This document shows, piece by piece, positions 1 through 12,490 of a DNA stretch of 64,000 nt. The translations under genes and the position numbers were made by a program. Source of the DNA: Octopus vulgaris. Its lineage: Eukaryota. Under the pieces are notes generated by a model. It searched no databases and was not told where the DNA came from. It saw only the letters and a program-made list of their open reading frames with translations. Within the stretch, counting starts at the first letter, position 1, and each line of letters starts with the position of its first letter. The stretch lies in the NCBI GenBank assembly GCA_951406725.2, contig OX597816.1, positions 52,762,001 through 52,826,000 of the forward strand, given 5' to 3'.

Positions 1-50
1 TGAGGGTTTGTTTGTCAGACCACAAATGTTTTTATTCTTTTCTATGCCAG

Positions 51-205
51 AGTGGCTGTGAGGTAAGTAGCTTGCTTGCCAACCTTATGGTTCTGGGTTC
101 AGTCCCACTGCATGGCACCTTGGGAAAGTTTCTTCTACTATGGCCTCAGGCTGACCACAGCCTTGTGAGTGGATTTGGAAGATGGAAACTGAAAGAAGCC
201 CACTG
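51..205 (+). mobile_element. SINE family A, 5' part
   Basis: tRNA-like head (TGGCTGTGAGGT, GGTTCAGTCCC) through to GAAACTGAAAGAAGCCC; matches many copies in the window. Confidence 0.85.
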
Positions 206-217
206 AATATTTATATA

Positions 218-437
218 TACTCTCTTACTCTTTTATTTGTTTCAGTCATTTGACTGTGGTCATGCTGGAGCACCACCTTTAGTTGAACAAATTGACCCCA
301 GGACTCATTCTTGGTAAGCCTAGTGCTTATTCTATCAGTCTCTTTTGCCAAACCACTAAGTTACTGGGATGTAAACACACTAGCATTGGTCGTCAAGCGA
401 TGGTGGGGAGACAAACACAGACACACAAACATACACA

Positions 438-481
<44 letters not shown>

Positions 482-648
482 CACACACACACACACACAC
501 ACACATTCAATGGGCTTCTTTCAGTTTCCATCTACCAAATCCACTCACAAGGCTTCGGTCAGCCTGAGGCTATAGTAGAAGACACTTGCCCAAGGTGCTA
601 TGCAGTGGGACTGAACAAGCTACTTACCACACAGCCACTCCTATGCCT
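218..648 (-). mobile_element. SINE family A, full length, internal (CA)n
   Basis: Reverse complement of the copy at 5114-5525; tail ACTCTTTTA repeats. Confidence 0.9.
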
Positions 649-1436
649 AATCAAATGCTGCTAAGTGTTTTACCCAGTATCCTAACAGTTCTGCCAGCTC
701 AGCACTTTATGAAAGAAGAAAATATTATCTCATGTCAAATATTTGTCATGATGACAACTACTAGGATAAAGATAAAATCTTCTTTATACGTTGTTGCTTT
801 CAAACTTAACATTTTGGAATTTGCAGAAGTTAATGATAACAGAGCTGCTGAGAGGGGTGTTTTCTGTAGCAGAGAATAATGTGAAAGATTGCAGAAATCA
901 AAAAGAATATTTACTAGTAATGCCAAAGAAAACAGCAAAAAAAAAAAGAAGCCAAGTAGATGGAAGCAGCTTTTTATTCAGAGGTTACAAAAGGAATGGT
1001 TGAACTGAGTCATTAATGAGACGAGAAGTGATTTCATTTTAACTCTGATACAAATAAGTATTGAAGGTTACCAAGATCTCCCAATAACATCATTTAAAGG
1101 TTCTAAAGAAGTGACTCATCACTTTATGGTGAAAAATGTTTTTAGTGTATGACAGAAAGCCAAGATGTTCCCAAAACTATCACATGACTTACAACATACA
1201 ATAAATTTGCGTTACTCTTTTTTTGAGGCAAAAGAAAAAGCAGTGGGAATTTATCTCGGTTAGATTGGTAATATGGATGAAAATTCAAGGGGTTTTTTTT
1301 TTTGGCTTTTTTCCAATCTACCTAGAAAATATACACTTGTTGTCAAAGAAAACCTATTCACTGAGGAGCAAAGAATAGGAACATATACATTTTGCAGAGA
1401 TATTTCAGTGTGTACAGCAGATAGATAAAAAAAAAA

Positions 1437-1694
1437 GGTATGGTAAAGTTAACTTCTTGAGTTATAGTGACTCATAAGGGCCAGTTTCCCAGTTTCCGTG
1501 GTGTATATATTCCCCCACTAGGATGGGATGCTGGTTGCAGAGTTACTCATTTTTGCCAGCAGAATGGACTGGAGCAACGTGAAATGAAGTGTTTTGCTCA
1601 AGAGTACAATGCATCACCTGGTCCAGAAATCAAAATCACAATCTCACGATTATAAGTCCAACACCCCAACCACTAAGCCATGTACCTCCTCCAC
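1437..1694 (-). mobile_element. tRNA-derived SINE (E-type head/core with D-type 3' segment)
   Basis: CTGGAGCAACGTGAAATGAAGTGTTTTGCTCAAGA core shared with 49344-49687; GGGCCAGTTTCCCAGTTTC segment shared with family D. Confidence 0.75.
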
Positions 1695-1715
1695 TTACAG
1701 TAGATGACATTAAGC

Positions 1716-1943
1716 TTAATCCTTTCATTACCAACCCAGCTGAAACCAGCTCCGGCTCTGAGTACAAATGTCTTGTTTCCATAAGTTTTGAATTAAAATC
1801 TTCCACCAAACGTTAGTCACAATTTATGTTCCTAACACTAGCTTAATGATAACTAAGTTATTTTACTAAATTCTTTGTTATATTTATAGTAATTGAAAGA
1901 AACACAGAGCATCTCAAAAGAAATACAGTAACAAAAGGGTTAA
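1716..1943 (+). mobile_element. piggyBac-type MITE (TTAA termini)
   Basis: TTAATCCTTTC...AAAAGGGTTAA; internal sequence matches 29689-29901 and 53033-53256. Confidence 0.8.
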
Positions 1944-2283
1944 ACCAATGTGATGATGTTTAAGAGGAATGAATTACTAGAGGGGCAGAATAAAAAAGAT
2001 ATTATCTCGAGTTTTGGTTCACATTTGAACCAAGGGGCAGATAGATTAAGAAGGCATCATTGTCTTGTTAAGCCAAGCTTTTAACCACAGTATAATGCAT
2101 TCTCAATCAGACACCAAGAGCCCTCCTGTAAATGAAACCACTCCTTGTATGGGACCAGTTTGGTGTACACAAGTTGGAAAAGATGAAAGAAAATGACAAA
2201 TACTAGCTGAACACAAACAATTGTTACAATCTTTGGATGTGGTGCTCAGTAAACCAGTGAATGATGGGATAGCTAAGTTAGCT

Positions 2284-2549
2284 AAAGTTACCTTCTTGAG
2301 TCATACTAACTCACATGACTCAAGAGTCATGTGAGTTAACACATGACTCTTGGACCAATTTCCTGGTTTACATGGTGTACAAATTCCTCGCCTGAATGGG
2401 ACACCGGTCCATCGCAGGATTAGTCATTTTTGCCAGCTGGGTGGACTGGAGCAATGTGAAATGAAGTGTTTTGCTCAAGAACACAATGTGTCATCCAATC
2501 CAGGAACTGAAACCACAATCTGACAGTCATCCTAACACATAACCTCCAC
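2284..2549 (-). mobile_element. tRNA-derived SINE, same family as 1437-1694
   Basis: Shared core and tail with 1437-1694. Confidence 0.7.
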
Positions 2550-5113
2550 ACTGATAGGACCTGTTGGATATGGATGACCTGATAGTCTTCAGACCAGTAA
2601 AAGTTCACCATGTGTAGCAACCTCTAAATTTCAAGTTTGTTCATGGTTAGTGAAGGTCTGGGATGATATTCCAATTAAGAAGTTGATGTCTTTTAAAAGA
2701 CAAGAATTTCAAATATAGATAGGACTGAAGATACCATTTGCGAATTGATGATTAAGATGATCAAAGGCAGGAAGATGAAATAAAGGACATATCAGCACTA
2801 TGGGATGCAGATGAAAAGTTGACATTGCAGAAGTGGGAAGACAATTTTGACACCTGTGATGATGAAGAACCTGATTGATAATTTCATAATTGGAGTTACC
2901 TTTATATTGTTTATTGGTGCAGTCTGTGTGAAGAATATTGACAGCTGTAGGAGGAGTAAAAAACAGCTGCTCTTAAGTTAGGGAAGATAGCAGAGGGAGC
3001 ATCTTGCTGGTTCAGAAATAATTGAGAGTAGTTGAGGTGGAATCCAGGAGAAAATGGGTTGTGACTAGTCATCACTGCCAACCCAACAACTGGAGGAATT
3101 TGTGTGTAGGGTCAAAACCCTTGAGAAATGTTGGCTACCATTTGATGACTACTTCTACCAATCAAAAGCTACAATCATACATATGTGGCTGAATCTGTAA
3201 ACATCTCTAGTAGAAGTATGTAACATTAATAGTTCCATATGAAGACACTCAAACGATGATTGTTTCTAAGGAACTTAAAATCTAACATTACTTTAAAAAG
3301 ATACTTGGAAAAATGTTATGATTAGCTAAGTAAAAAAATGCAATTATGAACAAAATGTGTAAGCAATGACAGGCAAGATAATAATATTATACAACATCAG
3401 GTTAAACTATATATTAAATTGAAAGAGGATAATGTAATTGACTAAAAAGAAAACTATTTGGTAATTGCTACCTTACTGAGAGTTTACCGTGAATAAATGT
3501 ATAATTGATTTAAGTTATGTCGCACCAAGAATAACAAAATATATGACTGTTATTATGAAGCACAATGATAGTACATGTCATGAAAAGGAAACAGAGACAG
3601 GCATAGAATACACGATATAAAGTTTGCTCTCCTATTTTTATGCTTTCCACTAAATGTCCAAAAAGTATTTGGTTTTTACAGGCGAATGGAAGATATATTA
3701 CGGTTCAGTATATATACAAATGAAATGAGTAGTGAATTTTGAACTTCCAGATGGCTTCATTTTTGGATCTAATCCAAAGTAATGCCTTTCATGAAGTGTA
3801 TTTTACAATATTGATATTTTACATTGGGAAAACTCTGTGTGTGTGTGTGCATATGTATGTGTGTGTATGTGTGCATGTGTACGTTAATGTGTGTATTTTA
3901 TGGCATTCAGTCATATATGTCACTTGTCCAGTCTTACTAACATGACATGTAAACAGAAACAGAAGAGCATATACTCTCAGACACATGTTGTATATATTGT
4001 GTTGCATGGATGTAAAGCCACCAACAACTGGGTGTATAAGAATTAAACTCTAGGATGTAAGGTTTTGTGAAGAATGAGAATAGAGTTTGAACTTTTATTA
4101 ATCCTTCAACAATTTTGAATACATTTTATCCTTGTAGCATCTAATTAACTACATAATTGGCTGTGATGAATTATTTTTAGAACCTTCTTGTTCCCATGTT
4201 TCACTTAAAATACACTATCTTTGCCTCAATAAATTATGAAGTTAATGAAGTATTTAATAAAATAACTTTGTCATTATTAAGCTGCTATTTAGAACATAAA
4301 TTACCTTGATAGTTTGATGGCAGATTTTAATTTTAACCACTTTAAAGCAGAAAGATTTTAATATGGAAATAGGGAGTGCTTCTGACTGGTTGACATTAAA
4401 AAGGTTAAATCAATTTATCATTCATCTATGGTAGTAGTTGAATAATATTCTTAAGGCTGTAATTTACTCACATGTAACATCTTTCAGAGCTTGTCACTAA
4501 TTCACTTCTTAACTAAATGGAAAACCGTAAACATTTTTGAAGAGGACTAGTCCCTAGCTATGTTTTGGCATTAAAAATTGAGATTTGGTCCAGCATAAAA
4601 GTTTACATCAACATTCATAGCAACGTTATAGGAGAGTAAGTAGTAATGCCACCAATCAAGTTTCGATCTAAATAACTTTTTTATTTTAAAAGCAAAATAT
4701 CTTTACCCTAGCTTCAATGATAGAAGAAAGCATGAAGAACTTCATAGTTTTGGTTCCATGCAACAAAATTTGCATCAAAAATGTTGCGAGATAAAATATC
4801 ATGAAAAATATGAGTAAGGCAAAAAATTGGATTCAAGTTTAATTAACAAACTATATTTTAATCAAACTTCAATGATAAAGCTCAATTTGAAGAATTTCAT
4901 GTTATCAATTTCATGCAATGAAGTTTTAAAAGAAAAAAGTTATGAGTGTTTGTTTCTCAAATTTGAGGGTGACAATATAGTTCTATACTTTTTTATGAAT
5001 ATAGTTCTAGGGGACTTTTAATATATGTCACCAGCATTGCTGAAGTAAGGAAAAATTATCAACAACACTGTTAATTGATACATTTCACACATTATTAATT
5101 AGCATGATAGCAT

Positions 5114-5525
5114 AGCGCAGGAGTGGCTGTGTGGTAAGTAGCTTGCCTACCAACCACATGGTTCTGGGTTCAGTCCCACTGCGTGGCATCTTGGGCAAGT
5201 GTCTTCTGCTATAGCTCCGGGCCGACCAATGCCTTGTGAGTGGAATTGGTAGATGGAAACTGAAAGAAGCCTGTCGTATATATGTATATATATATGCGTG
5301 TGTGTGTTTGTGTGAGTGTGTTTGTCCCCCTAGCATTGCTTGACAACCGATGCTGGTGTGTTTACGTTCCCGTCACTTAGCGGTTCGGCAAAAGAGACCG
5401 ATAGAATAAGTACTGGGCTTACAAAAGAATAAGTCCCGGGGTCGATTTGCTCGACAAAAGGCGGTGCTCCAGCGTGGCCGCAGTCAAATGACTGAAACAA
5501 GTAAAAGAGTAAAAGAGAAAGAGTA
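5114..5525 (+). mobile_element. SINE family A, full length, young
   Basis: A/B-box-like head, internal (TA)n(TG)n, tail GAAACAAGTAAAAGAGTAAAAGAG; CpGs retained. Confidence 0.92.
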
Positions 5526-5549
5526 ATAGCCTGGAAAAAACATGGATTT

Positions 5550-6402
5550 CATGGAAAATGTGAGCAAGAGAAATAATATTCTTAAGATTACAAATTTGAA
5601 AATTTACAGTACAAGTTATTACATTTGGAAAAGTTCAGGACAAGTGAATACATCTGATAAAGTACAGAATAAAAAAAATTTTACTTAAAATATTGCAGCT
5701 AAGGATAAAATTTAAATATTAAAAATTATTTGATTTTAATTTACAAAGAAACATTATAATTAAAAAAGTGCCATCATTTTGTTAAAACATTGACACACTA
5801 GAATATTTAAAAAATGAGAGCTAGAAGTACCAATATAGCTAAAGTTTTATGCAAAGTAGAATAGTATATTTGGTATGCAAATTCGTTATGTAAAAAAAAT
5901 AGGCATTGAGTGAAGACTAAAAATGTGAAGACTTGGCAATAACTCAAGCAAATTTTACTGTGAATTTCTTGTTATAGGTAGATTTTACTGTAATATATAA
6001 CTGATTTTTGTATTATTCTATTTATAATACTAAGTAATTATGTACTACTATTATTTTTTGTAACCTATTTTCAAATTTCTAATTATTAAATATTAATTTT
6101 TAAAATGAATTTTTTTTAAATGCAAAAAATATTTTGAGTTATTTTTTATTTGTAATAGAAGTTAACAAGTAACAAATAGAAGCATTAACTTGTATAAAAT
6201 TTTTAGTTTTAATAAAAGCTAATATTTTCTAAATCTAAATATTATATTTGAAATTTTATCCTTAGCTGCAATATCTTAAGCAAAAATTTTCTTGTTCTGT
6301 ACTTTACCAGATGTAATTTGTCCTGAACTTTTCCAAGTGTCCTGTATTTTTCGAGACTTATAATCTTAAGAATATTATTTCTCTTGCTCACATTTTTCCA
6401 TG
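5550..6402. repeat. Inverted repeat pair (about 160-170 bp arms at 5550-5719 and 6244-6402); possible old MITE
   Basis: CATGGAAAATGTGAGCAAGAGAAATAATATTCTTAAG...TTGCAGCTAAGGATAAAATT recurs as the reverse complement. Confidence 0.75.
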
Positions 6403-7639
6403 TATGTCTAATATTGGAAGAAATACTTTTATCAGCTAAAGGAACAAGAGGCAAAACAGTAAGTATGATCATAGTGCAATATTTTCACAAACCAATAGAG
6501 CATTGGACAAAATATCTGGAGGTATTTAGTACATCTCTTTATGTTTAGAGTTATGAATCTACCCTTATCAGTCATTTTTGCTTTTCATCCTTCCATACTT
6601 GATAAAATACTGGTCAAATAATGGGATTGTAAGGCTTAAATGTGGAACCATAAAGAATAAAATACGTTTGTTGATAGTTGAATGTTCTTTCATTTTATAT
6701 TACAAACTACTTGATATTTCAAGGAGAGTATAACCATTGTTTAAGGTATACTGCACTCATGAAGGATGTTTCACCTAAAGTTACAATATAAAATATAAAT
6801 GAATATTTTATATTTCCAATAATCTTCCATCTTTTTCTGTTTTCATTCCTGTTAGTATTAGTAGTTTTCAGTGATGTTAAGATTATCTCAAATTTAATCC
6901 ATAAATCAAATATTTCTTTATCACAAAACATACAACTTTCTTCTTTTCAAGCTACTTCTATAAAAAACACAAATTGTTTAATAATATATTATGAAGATTC
7001 AGTCATATTGATAGCAACAGTTATACAATATATTTTCTTAAAATTGTTTATTAAAAATCTGCTCAAATCTCAAGAGCTCCATCTTTTAAAGATTTTTTTT
7101 TCCATTCTTTACTTCTGTTTTCATAATTAATCTTAACAACAGCCTACATTGTGATTTGACAGATTTAAAAAAATATATTCAGAGAAGTGTTAGATATGAT
7201 AATTTCAAAATTATTATATTCTCTACTTTATTCTACATAGACATTGATAATTTTATCTTTATATTTCTTTATTTTCCCCACAAACTGTTTTGTCACACCA
7301 ATGTATATTTACACTTACACACTAACACAAATACACACATATTTGCTTTACGCAGTATTAAACATATGATTTCCCAGTAGTATATTGAGATAAGCCTATG
7401 ATCCATTAATAAATTAAATCCTGAAATCACTTGAAACAACTCAGTTTCTGTCATCTGTTTGAATATATAATTCTTTATAAACTGTTCATTGCATTTATGA
7501 ATTAGCAACTAAATAAAATGCTGAACATTTACTGAAATTAAAATGAAAACAATAAACATACAAATGAACAGATCAAATGTATTTTGAGAGAGATTTTCCT
7601 TTAGAATTCAGGAAATAATGACAGATTGTCATGATTTAC

Positions 7640-7685
7640 GTATATATATATATATATATATATATGTACAAATATATATGTACAC

Positions 7686-7768
<83 letters not shown>

Positions 7769-8095
7769 TAATTATAGTAAAGATTAGAGAACAACAAATA
7801 TTTAAATTGTATTTTAACTCTGCTATATATACACATGTATACATGTGTGTATAAAAATATGAACACACAGCCATATATGTATATGTATATATATATATAC
7901 ACATACAAACATCTATAAATATATATACATACATTTATAAATATACATAACACACATACACCTATGCACAAATGTATACATATACATAGATATATATATC
8001 CGCTATGTATTCATACATATACATTCATACACACACACAGATGTATACATACATGTACATGCACATATACATATATAAGAATGTACACACACAAG
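7640..8095. repeat. (TA)n / TACA-type microsatellite tract
   Basis: Directly visible. Confidence 0.95.
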
Positions 8096-9288
8096 ATTTT
8101 TCTTTTCTAAACTGAACATATCCATGGTGTGAACTACAATATGTTTACTTTGAATTCAATGAAATGAGAAAAAAATCATATAATTATGTGAATATTTGCT
8201 ATGTAGTTTTACTGAAATATAATTTGCTAAGAGTAATTTCAATGCACTCAATACATTACAGTTTAATATGTGTCTTATTACTAAGTATGTATACTCCTAG
8301 GAAATTAATTTCAGGTTGATCACTTCGAGATAACTTTTTCTCAAAACATATTTTAGAAAATTAAATGTATCTGGGTTTTTTTGTTGGTTTTTTTTGTATA
8401 TGTCCTTTTATTTAGATTTATGTCTAACCTCACAGAACTGATAATAATTTTCTACTGCTTGCCACAGAGGAACTTTGCTATGCTGAATGTTCACTGTTGA
8501 AAAACACAGTTCTTGAAACAGAATGTGTTTTTTGGCTAGCAATAATTTAAGTTCAAATACACTTCCTTTGTATTGGATATCAGAAGCTAACTCATTGTAT
8601 TTATTCTAATTTCTTTATTACCCACAAGGGGCGAAAATCTCATTGTATTTATTCTTTCACAACTTGGATTTATGTCATAACCCCAAATGATTTATAATTT
8701 ATTTAAACACTCGGTGGGCACTTTTGTTAAAACAAAATACATCACTTAGATGAATTATGATATATCCTATGTAGTACATATGTCTCTTATCACTGATGTG
8801 TATATATGTATGTGTGAGTGTATATGTTATAATAAATACATTACTGTGATCAAGTTTTATTTGTTTTATTAAGGGTTTTTCCCTATTTCCATATTAGTCC
8901 TTTAATTTGGAACAATCACATCTCATTCCTCAATACAGCAGTCCATTAACATTTCAAGACTTCTGTAGTCACTTCATTCTGATGAAGTGATGGTATTAAT
9001 AGCATATTGTCCACATGCTCTGAACTAAGTTGGAAAGGATCAGGGGAAAACAATTACAACTGATTAAACTCACATATGCCAATTAAGTTCCAGTAGATGT
9101 CATGATCTTATTTCACATGATCTCTCTATGTATTGCTTTTTGATTTGTATATTGCTTTTAGTAAAGCCACTGTGATTATTCTTTACCTTTTTTTTTTGTT
9201 TTTTGTAGAATTATGAGTAAAATTGTAGCCCTTCCAACTAATGTTTTCTAATTTTATGTTTTCCTTATTTGATATGGTTTTCTGTAGT

Positions 9289-9502
9289 TCTTTTACTCTT
9301 TTACTTGTTTCAGTCATTTGACTGTGGCCACACTGGAGCAATGCCTTTAGTCGAGCAAATCGATCCCAGGACTTATTCTTTGTAAGCCTAGTACTTATTC
9401 TATCGGTCTCTTTTGCCGAACTGCTATGTTACAGGGATGTAAGCACATCGCCATTGGTTGTCATGTGATGTCAGGGGGACAAACACAGAAACACAGACAT
9501 AT

Positions 9503-9565
<63 letters not shown>

Positions 9566-9731
9566 TACGACAGGCTTCTTTCAGTTTCTGTCTACCAAAT
9601 CCACTCACAAGGCTTTGGTCGGCCTGAGGCTATAGTAGAAGACACTTTCCCAAGGTTCCATGCAGTGGGAATGAACCTGGAACCATGTGGTTCGTAAGCA
9701 AGCTACTTACCACACAGCCACTCCTGTGCCT
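9289..9731 (-). mobile_element. SINE family A, full length
   Basis: Matches the family A consensus; internal (TA)n. Confidence 0.9.
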
Positions 9732-9900
9732 ATAAATAAAATCAACATGCCAAGGCTTTTCCAGAAAAACCCTTTGTGATATTTGTTCTGCCCAAGTTGC
9801 ACAGATGCACCCGGGTCAACTTCACTATCATAAATGCAGTGATCTATTGGACAACTCTAATCAGTACTATTGTTGACATGATTTTTTAAAAATTTATTTA

Positions 9901-10183
9901 TGCACCCTTTTCAAGCCTAGTCAGGCTCATTTTCCTGGTTTCTGTGGTGTATGTGTTCCCCCCTAGCTGGACAGAATGCCAGTCCATTGCAGAGTTACTC
10001 AAGAAACAGGAAGAAAGAGTGAGAGAAAGTTGGGGTGAAAGAGTACAACAGGGGTCGCCACCACCGCCTGCAGGAGCCTCATGAAGCCTTAGGTGTTTTC
10101 GCTCAATAAAGACGCACAACGCACAGTCTGGGAATCGAAACCGCGAGTCCACTGCCCTAAACACTGGGCCATTGCACCTCCAC
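9901..10183 (-). mobile_element. SINE family D (tRNA-derived)
   Basis: Reverse complement of 22968-23281; imperfect TSD ATTGTTGA(C/A)ATGAT. Confidence 0.88.
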
Positions 10184-11025
10184 ATTGTTGAAATGATACT
10201 ACATAAAATTACAGCAAGACACAAAGTGTCAAAATAATTTTCCTGTAAGTGAAACTATTTTGTTTTATGTGTTACATCGTCGGATTATCTGATGTTTGTA
10301 TTTTTGATAGAATACTTTGGTATATTAAATAAAATGGCTGATTGTCGTTGTGTGTATTCATTTTATTCTAGAACAGAATATACAATGTTTTAATTCACTT
10401 TGAACTATGGCATTTCAATTTGTTTCTTTGTTTGCTTTTCTTTTGTCTATAGACTATAGACATGATTAATATATCCATATATCTAGCTATCTATCTATTA
10501 ATCTATGAAAATACCCAAGTTATTTTGAAATGCAAGATCATATATTTATATGCTTTGTAGTTTAAATTGAATGCAAAATCAAACAATGGTAGGTGAAGAT
10601 GTTAATTAATTAATAAATTAATTTGTATCCATTGGATCTCACCATTTTCAAACTTAATAATGATATATATATATATATAGACAGACAGATAGAGAGACAG
10701 CCAAACACACACACACACATACACACACATATTCTTTTTGTTGTTTTATTTGTTTCATTTATTATTAAACTGTGGCCATGCTAAGGCACTGTCTCGAAAA
10801 AGTTTAGTTAAATGAATTGACTCCAGTACTTATCTTTTTAAAACTTGGTATTATTCTATTAGTCTCTTTGCCATACAGCTAAGTTATAGACATAAACTCA
10901 CAAACACCAGTTGTCAAGCAGTGGTGGTGGACAAATGCACTCAGTAACACAAACATACATACACATGACAAGTTTCTTTCAGTTTCCATCTACCAAATTG
11001 TCTTACAAGGCTTTGTTAAAATATT

Positions 11026-11242
11026 AGGCAGGAAGCTGGCAGAATCATTAGCATGCCAGACAAAAAATGCTTAGCAGCATTTAGTCCAGCTTTTTGTTCT
11101 GGGTTCAAATTCTGCCACAGTTGACTTTGCCTTTCACCCTTTCTGGATTGATAGAATAAGTACTAGTTGATTGTTGGGATCAACATAATTGACTTACCTC
11201 CTCCCCCAAAATTCCTGGCCTTGTGCCAAAATTTGAAACCAA
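11026..11242 (+). mobile_element. SINE family C2 (C-type head, CCTTGTGCCAAAATTTGAAACC tail)
   Basis: GCTGGCAGAATCATTAGC head, GGTTCAAATTCTGCC B box, GACTTTGCCTTTCA core. Further copies at about 12491-12718(-), 37300-37527(-), 39732-39940, 40370-40515, 42364-42543, 43221-43444, 52828-53012, 57008-57210(-), 58620-58835 and 62667-62824. Confidence 0.85.
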
Positions 11243-11454
11243 TATTTATGCTAAAATATGTTTGACAAGATGTATGGTCATGGCTATAGTGTCTCTGATC
11301 ACAGGACTGTTTGATCAAGGCTGGCCTGAAGCTAAACTACAACAATATCACAAAATGTATTCACTTCACCCCAGAAATTCACTGTAGACACACTGTAAAC
11401 AACATCAAGAGAGATACAATAACATAGTTTTCTTGGGAACATTTTTATCCATAT

Positions 11455-11842
11455 GCACAAATTGTTGCCAGAGCGCCGAAATGGCTTCTGTGCCAGTGGC
11501 ATGTAAAAAGCACCATTCAAGCGTGATCATTACCAGCATTGCCTTACTGGCACATGAAAAAACATTCGACCGAGGTCGTTGCCAGTGCCGCTGGACTGGC
11601 TCCTGTGCAGGTGGCATGTAAAAAACACCATTTGAGCATGGCCATTTCCAGTACCGCCTGACTGGCCCTCGTGCTAGTGGCACATAAAAGCAGCCACTAC
11701 ACTCTTGGAGTGGTTGGCATTAGGAAGGGCATCCAGCTGTAGAAACTCTGCCAGATCAAGATTGGAGCCTGGTGCAGCCATCTGTTTTGCCAATCCTCAA
11801 TCAAATTTTTGAACCCATTCTAGCATGGGAAGCGGACATTAA

Positions 11843-11875
<33 letters not shown>
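11455..11875 (+). mobile_element. 5'-truncated RTE LINE, 3' UTR only, (GAT)n tail
   Basis: GGTGGCATGTAAAAA modules and a terminal segment matching 44450-44621 downstream of the RTE ORF. Confidence 0.85.
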
Positions 11876-12369
11876 TTAGATAATCCATCCATAGACAACC
11901 TGTAATGTTGACTTCCCATATTGCCAAATCTTCCTGTCAAAACTAAGCCTTCTATTCACTGTTAAAGAGGAGATTAGCTCAAAATTACTGGATCTCTGCA
12001 AAGGTCAATGGCAACACATTCAGCTAAGTGACAAGATTCAATCCCTAGCACATGGCAACTTCTAACATAAACATGTTTTGTTTCATTTTTCTCAATCTCT
12101 TCTATTGCTCCTGAAAGTCTTTGTTCCTCAGAGATAGCAAGCTGCAAACCACTTCCGCTCTAGATTATATTACATGCTCTCTCTCTCTCTTCCCTTTCTA
12201 TTGATCTCTGTTTGATCTCTTTCACCACATCTAGATCCACAGATTTGTGGTATTCACTTTGATCCATCATTCTACCATGAAGCTGCAACCCTGAGAAATT
12301 AATGAGTGCTCTCTTCTTTCTCTTTCTCCTTAGTCTCATCCTCTTCCACCTCAACCTTCTCCTCTTTGT

Positions 12370-12433
12370 CATTGTCATCATCATCATCATCACTGCCATC
12401 ATCATCATTGTAGTTGTAGTGGTGGTGGTGATG

Positions 12434-12488
<55 letters not shown>

Positions 12489-12490
12489 GG
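12370..12490. repeat. (ATC)n/(GTA)n microsatellite
   Basis: Directly visible; explains the poly-V, poly-Y and poly-H ORFs. Confidence 0.95.

Noticed and set aside
283-664. HT-repeat and LLSVSVYQIHSQGFG / PKVP.SGTEP ORFs recurring throughout the track
   Set aside because: Translations of SINE A and its internal microsatellite; they recur at every copy with frameshifts.
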